Assembly (NCBI GenBank): GCA_020184695.1 | Contig: JAANOX010000025.1 | Location: forward strand, 1-8,985 | DNA from: Histomonas meleagridis 2922-C6/04-290x | Taxonomy: Eukaryota > Protista > Parabasalia | Length of the DNA: 8,985 nucleotides | Reading direction: 5' to 3' | Shown: piece after piece, positions 7,942 to 8,985 of the stretch | How positions within the stretch are numbered: position 1 is the first letter of the stretch | Layout of the letters: each line of letters begins with the position of its first letter | Translations under genes and position numbers: made by a program | Notes under the pieces: generated by a model | Seen by the model: the letters and a program-made list of their open reading frames with translations, nothing else | Told to the model about the DNA's origin: nothing | Databases searched by the model: none

Positions 7942-8079
7942 TTATAAGTTAAATTATTCATTACAGCCATTATAAAAGCCTATTCGAAAGTTAATACAGA
8001 ATTAGATAAGTAAAATAATATTTGGAAATTTTTTAAATTATTTAATACAGCATTTATGATAGCATCTAAAAATAATTAA
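7942..8079 (+). pseudogene. Plus-strand ankyrin module remnants with spacer 3' ends
   Basis: AAATTATTC-ATT|ACA GCC ATT ATA AAA GCC (TAIIKAYSKVNTEL, from 7963). Then a spacer tail AATAATATTTGGAAATTTTTTAAATTATTTAAT (8014-8046) and ACA GCA TTT ATG ATA GCA TCT AAA AAT AAT (TAFMIASKNN, from 8047). Confidence 0.7.
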
Positions 8080-8462
8080 TTATTAAAATTATAATTAATT
8101 AAAAATTTAAATTTTAATGAAAATATAGTTAAATTACTGCAAAATTAAAAAAATGGTAATAATACCAAAAACCTTTAGGAATATTCATATATGAAATATC
8201 ATAATATCAAAGAAAAACTTTAAGTTTTGAAAGCAATATAAATCTGCTATAAAATTTTTAGTGTTTTAAAACAATGTAACAAATTTTACCTCTACAGAGG
8301 TATTATAACCCATTTTTATTCTTATAAATGAATTATTCATGCATGAAATGTTCAAGAAGTGTTTTCTAATTCTTAAATTTTTAAAAGTTATCTCCAAAAA
8401 GAATCACATTTTGATCAGATGGAAGGTGAAAACCATATTAAAAAACATTTAAATCACGATTA

Positions 8463-8985
8463 TTATTCATTTACTTCAAACCACATTGAAAATTCGCTAA
8501 GGCCAATAAGTGAATTTAAAAAAATATTTCTTTCTTCATTAAGTTGTTGCATTCTTTGCTGTGAATATTCAACAGCTTCGCGGGATTGGATTCACTTATC
8601 TTTTGTTCACTGCTGCTCGATTTCCTTTCCATTTCTTTTTGTGCATTGGTTCTTCTTCTAATTGCTTTGCCATTTCTTCCCTCTTAGCTTTCCATTTCCT
8701 TATCTCTTGCTTTGAGTTCAACAACTCTTCCTCCTTTGCTTTTAAAAATCCAATCTGGCCTTCCACCTAATGCTGCTCCTACATGAACTTTATTTGGTGG
8801 AAAGCTTCTTGATCTCCTTTCACCTTCTTGTACATAGCTTTCCTACCGAATCCTCCTTACCACTCTTTTATGTCTTGTGAGATTAAGATGTAAATTGATT
8901 GACTTCCAGAAACCCATTAATCATCTGGATGATAAAGTCAATTTACTTTCAGCGAAATATTTCCAGAAAGTTCTTGATTGATAAT
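8463..8985 (-). pseudogene. 3' part of a disrupted protein with a C-terminal coiled coil; extends beyond the right edge of the window
   Basis: Minus strand: ...LKVN*LYHPDD*WVSGSQSIYILISQDIKEW*GGFGRKAMYKKVKGDQEAFHQIKFM*EQH*VEGQIGFLKAKEEELLNSKQEIRKWKAKREEMAKQLEEE. Shifted continuations read AQKEMERKSSSSEQKISES and EAVEYSQQRMQQLNEERNIFLNSLIGLSEFSMWFEVNE* (stop 8463-8465). The tail is a purine-rich, E/K/Q-rich heptad-like tract. Confidence 0.55.

Noticed and set aside
8419-8770. ORFs 8419-8661 and 8561-8770 (+)
   Set aside because: They are antisense to the E/K-rich coiled-coil remnant, which explains their Phe/Ser/Leu-rich composition.

Overview
Very AT-rich, eukaryotic-looking DNA, most likely from a parabasalid (Trichomonas/Tritrichomonas-like). 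The assignment rests on the gene families present (BspA-type LRR surface protein, DUF3447-like ankyrin protein, 'LLEQEGIDINAKD' ankyrin modules, NADP-dependent secondary alcohol dehydrogenase) and on Inr-like TCAYW motifs. I find no intact gene. The window is a mosaic of at least eight disrupted coding remnants on both strands, and most ORFs in the supplied track are fragments or antisense shadows of them. The most unusual signal is a family of single-ankyrin-repeat modules, each interrupted at the same position by a 60-85 nt AT-rich intervening sequence. That sequence has conserved ends (ATTYATTYGTT ... AAATTATTT-AAATTATTT-NNN|ACAGC) and cannot be removed in frame using its one shared GT and AG. 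Other notable items: a BspA gene whose frameshifts are almost all +1 homopolymer expansions, a hidden virus-fibre-like remnant, and fold-back or inversion structures at the ends of the ankyrin arrays. All reconstructions were done by eye, with no database searches.
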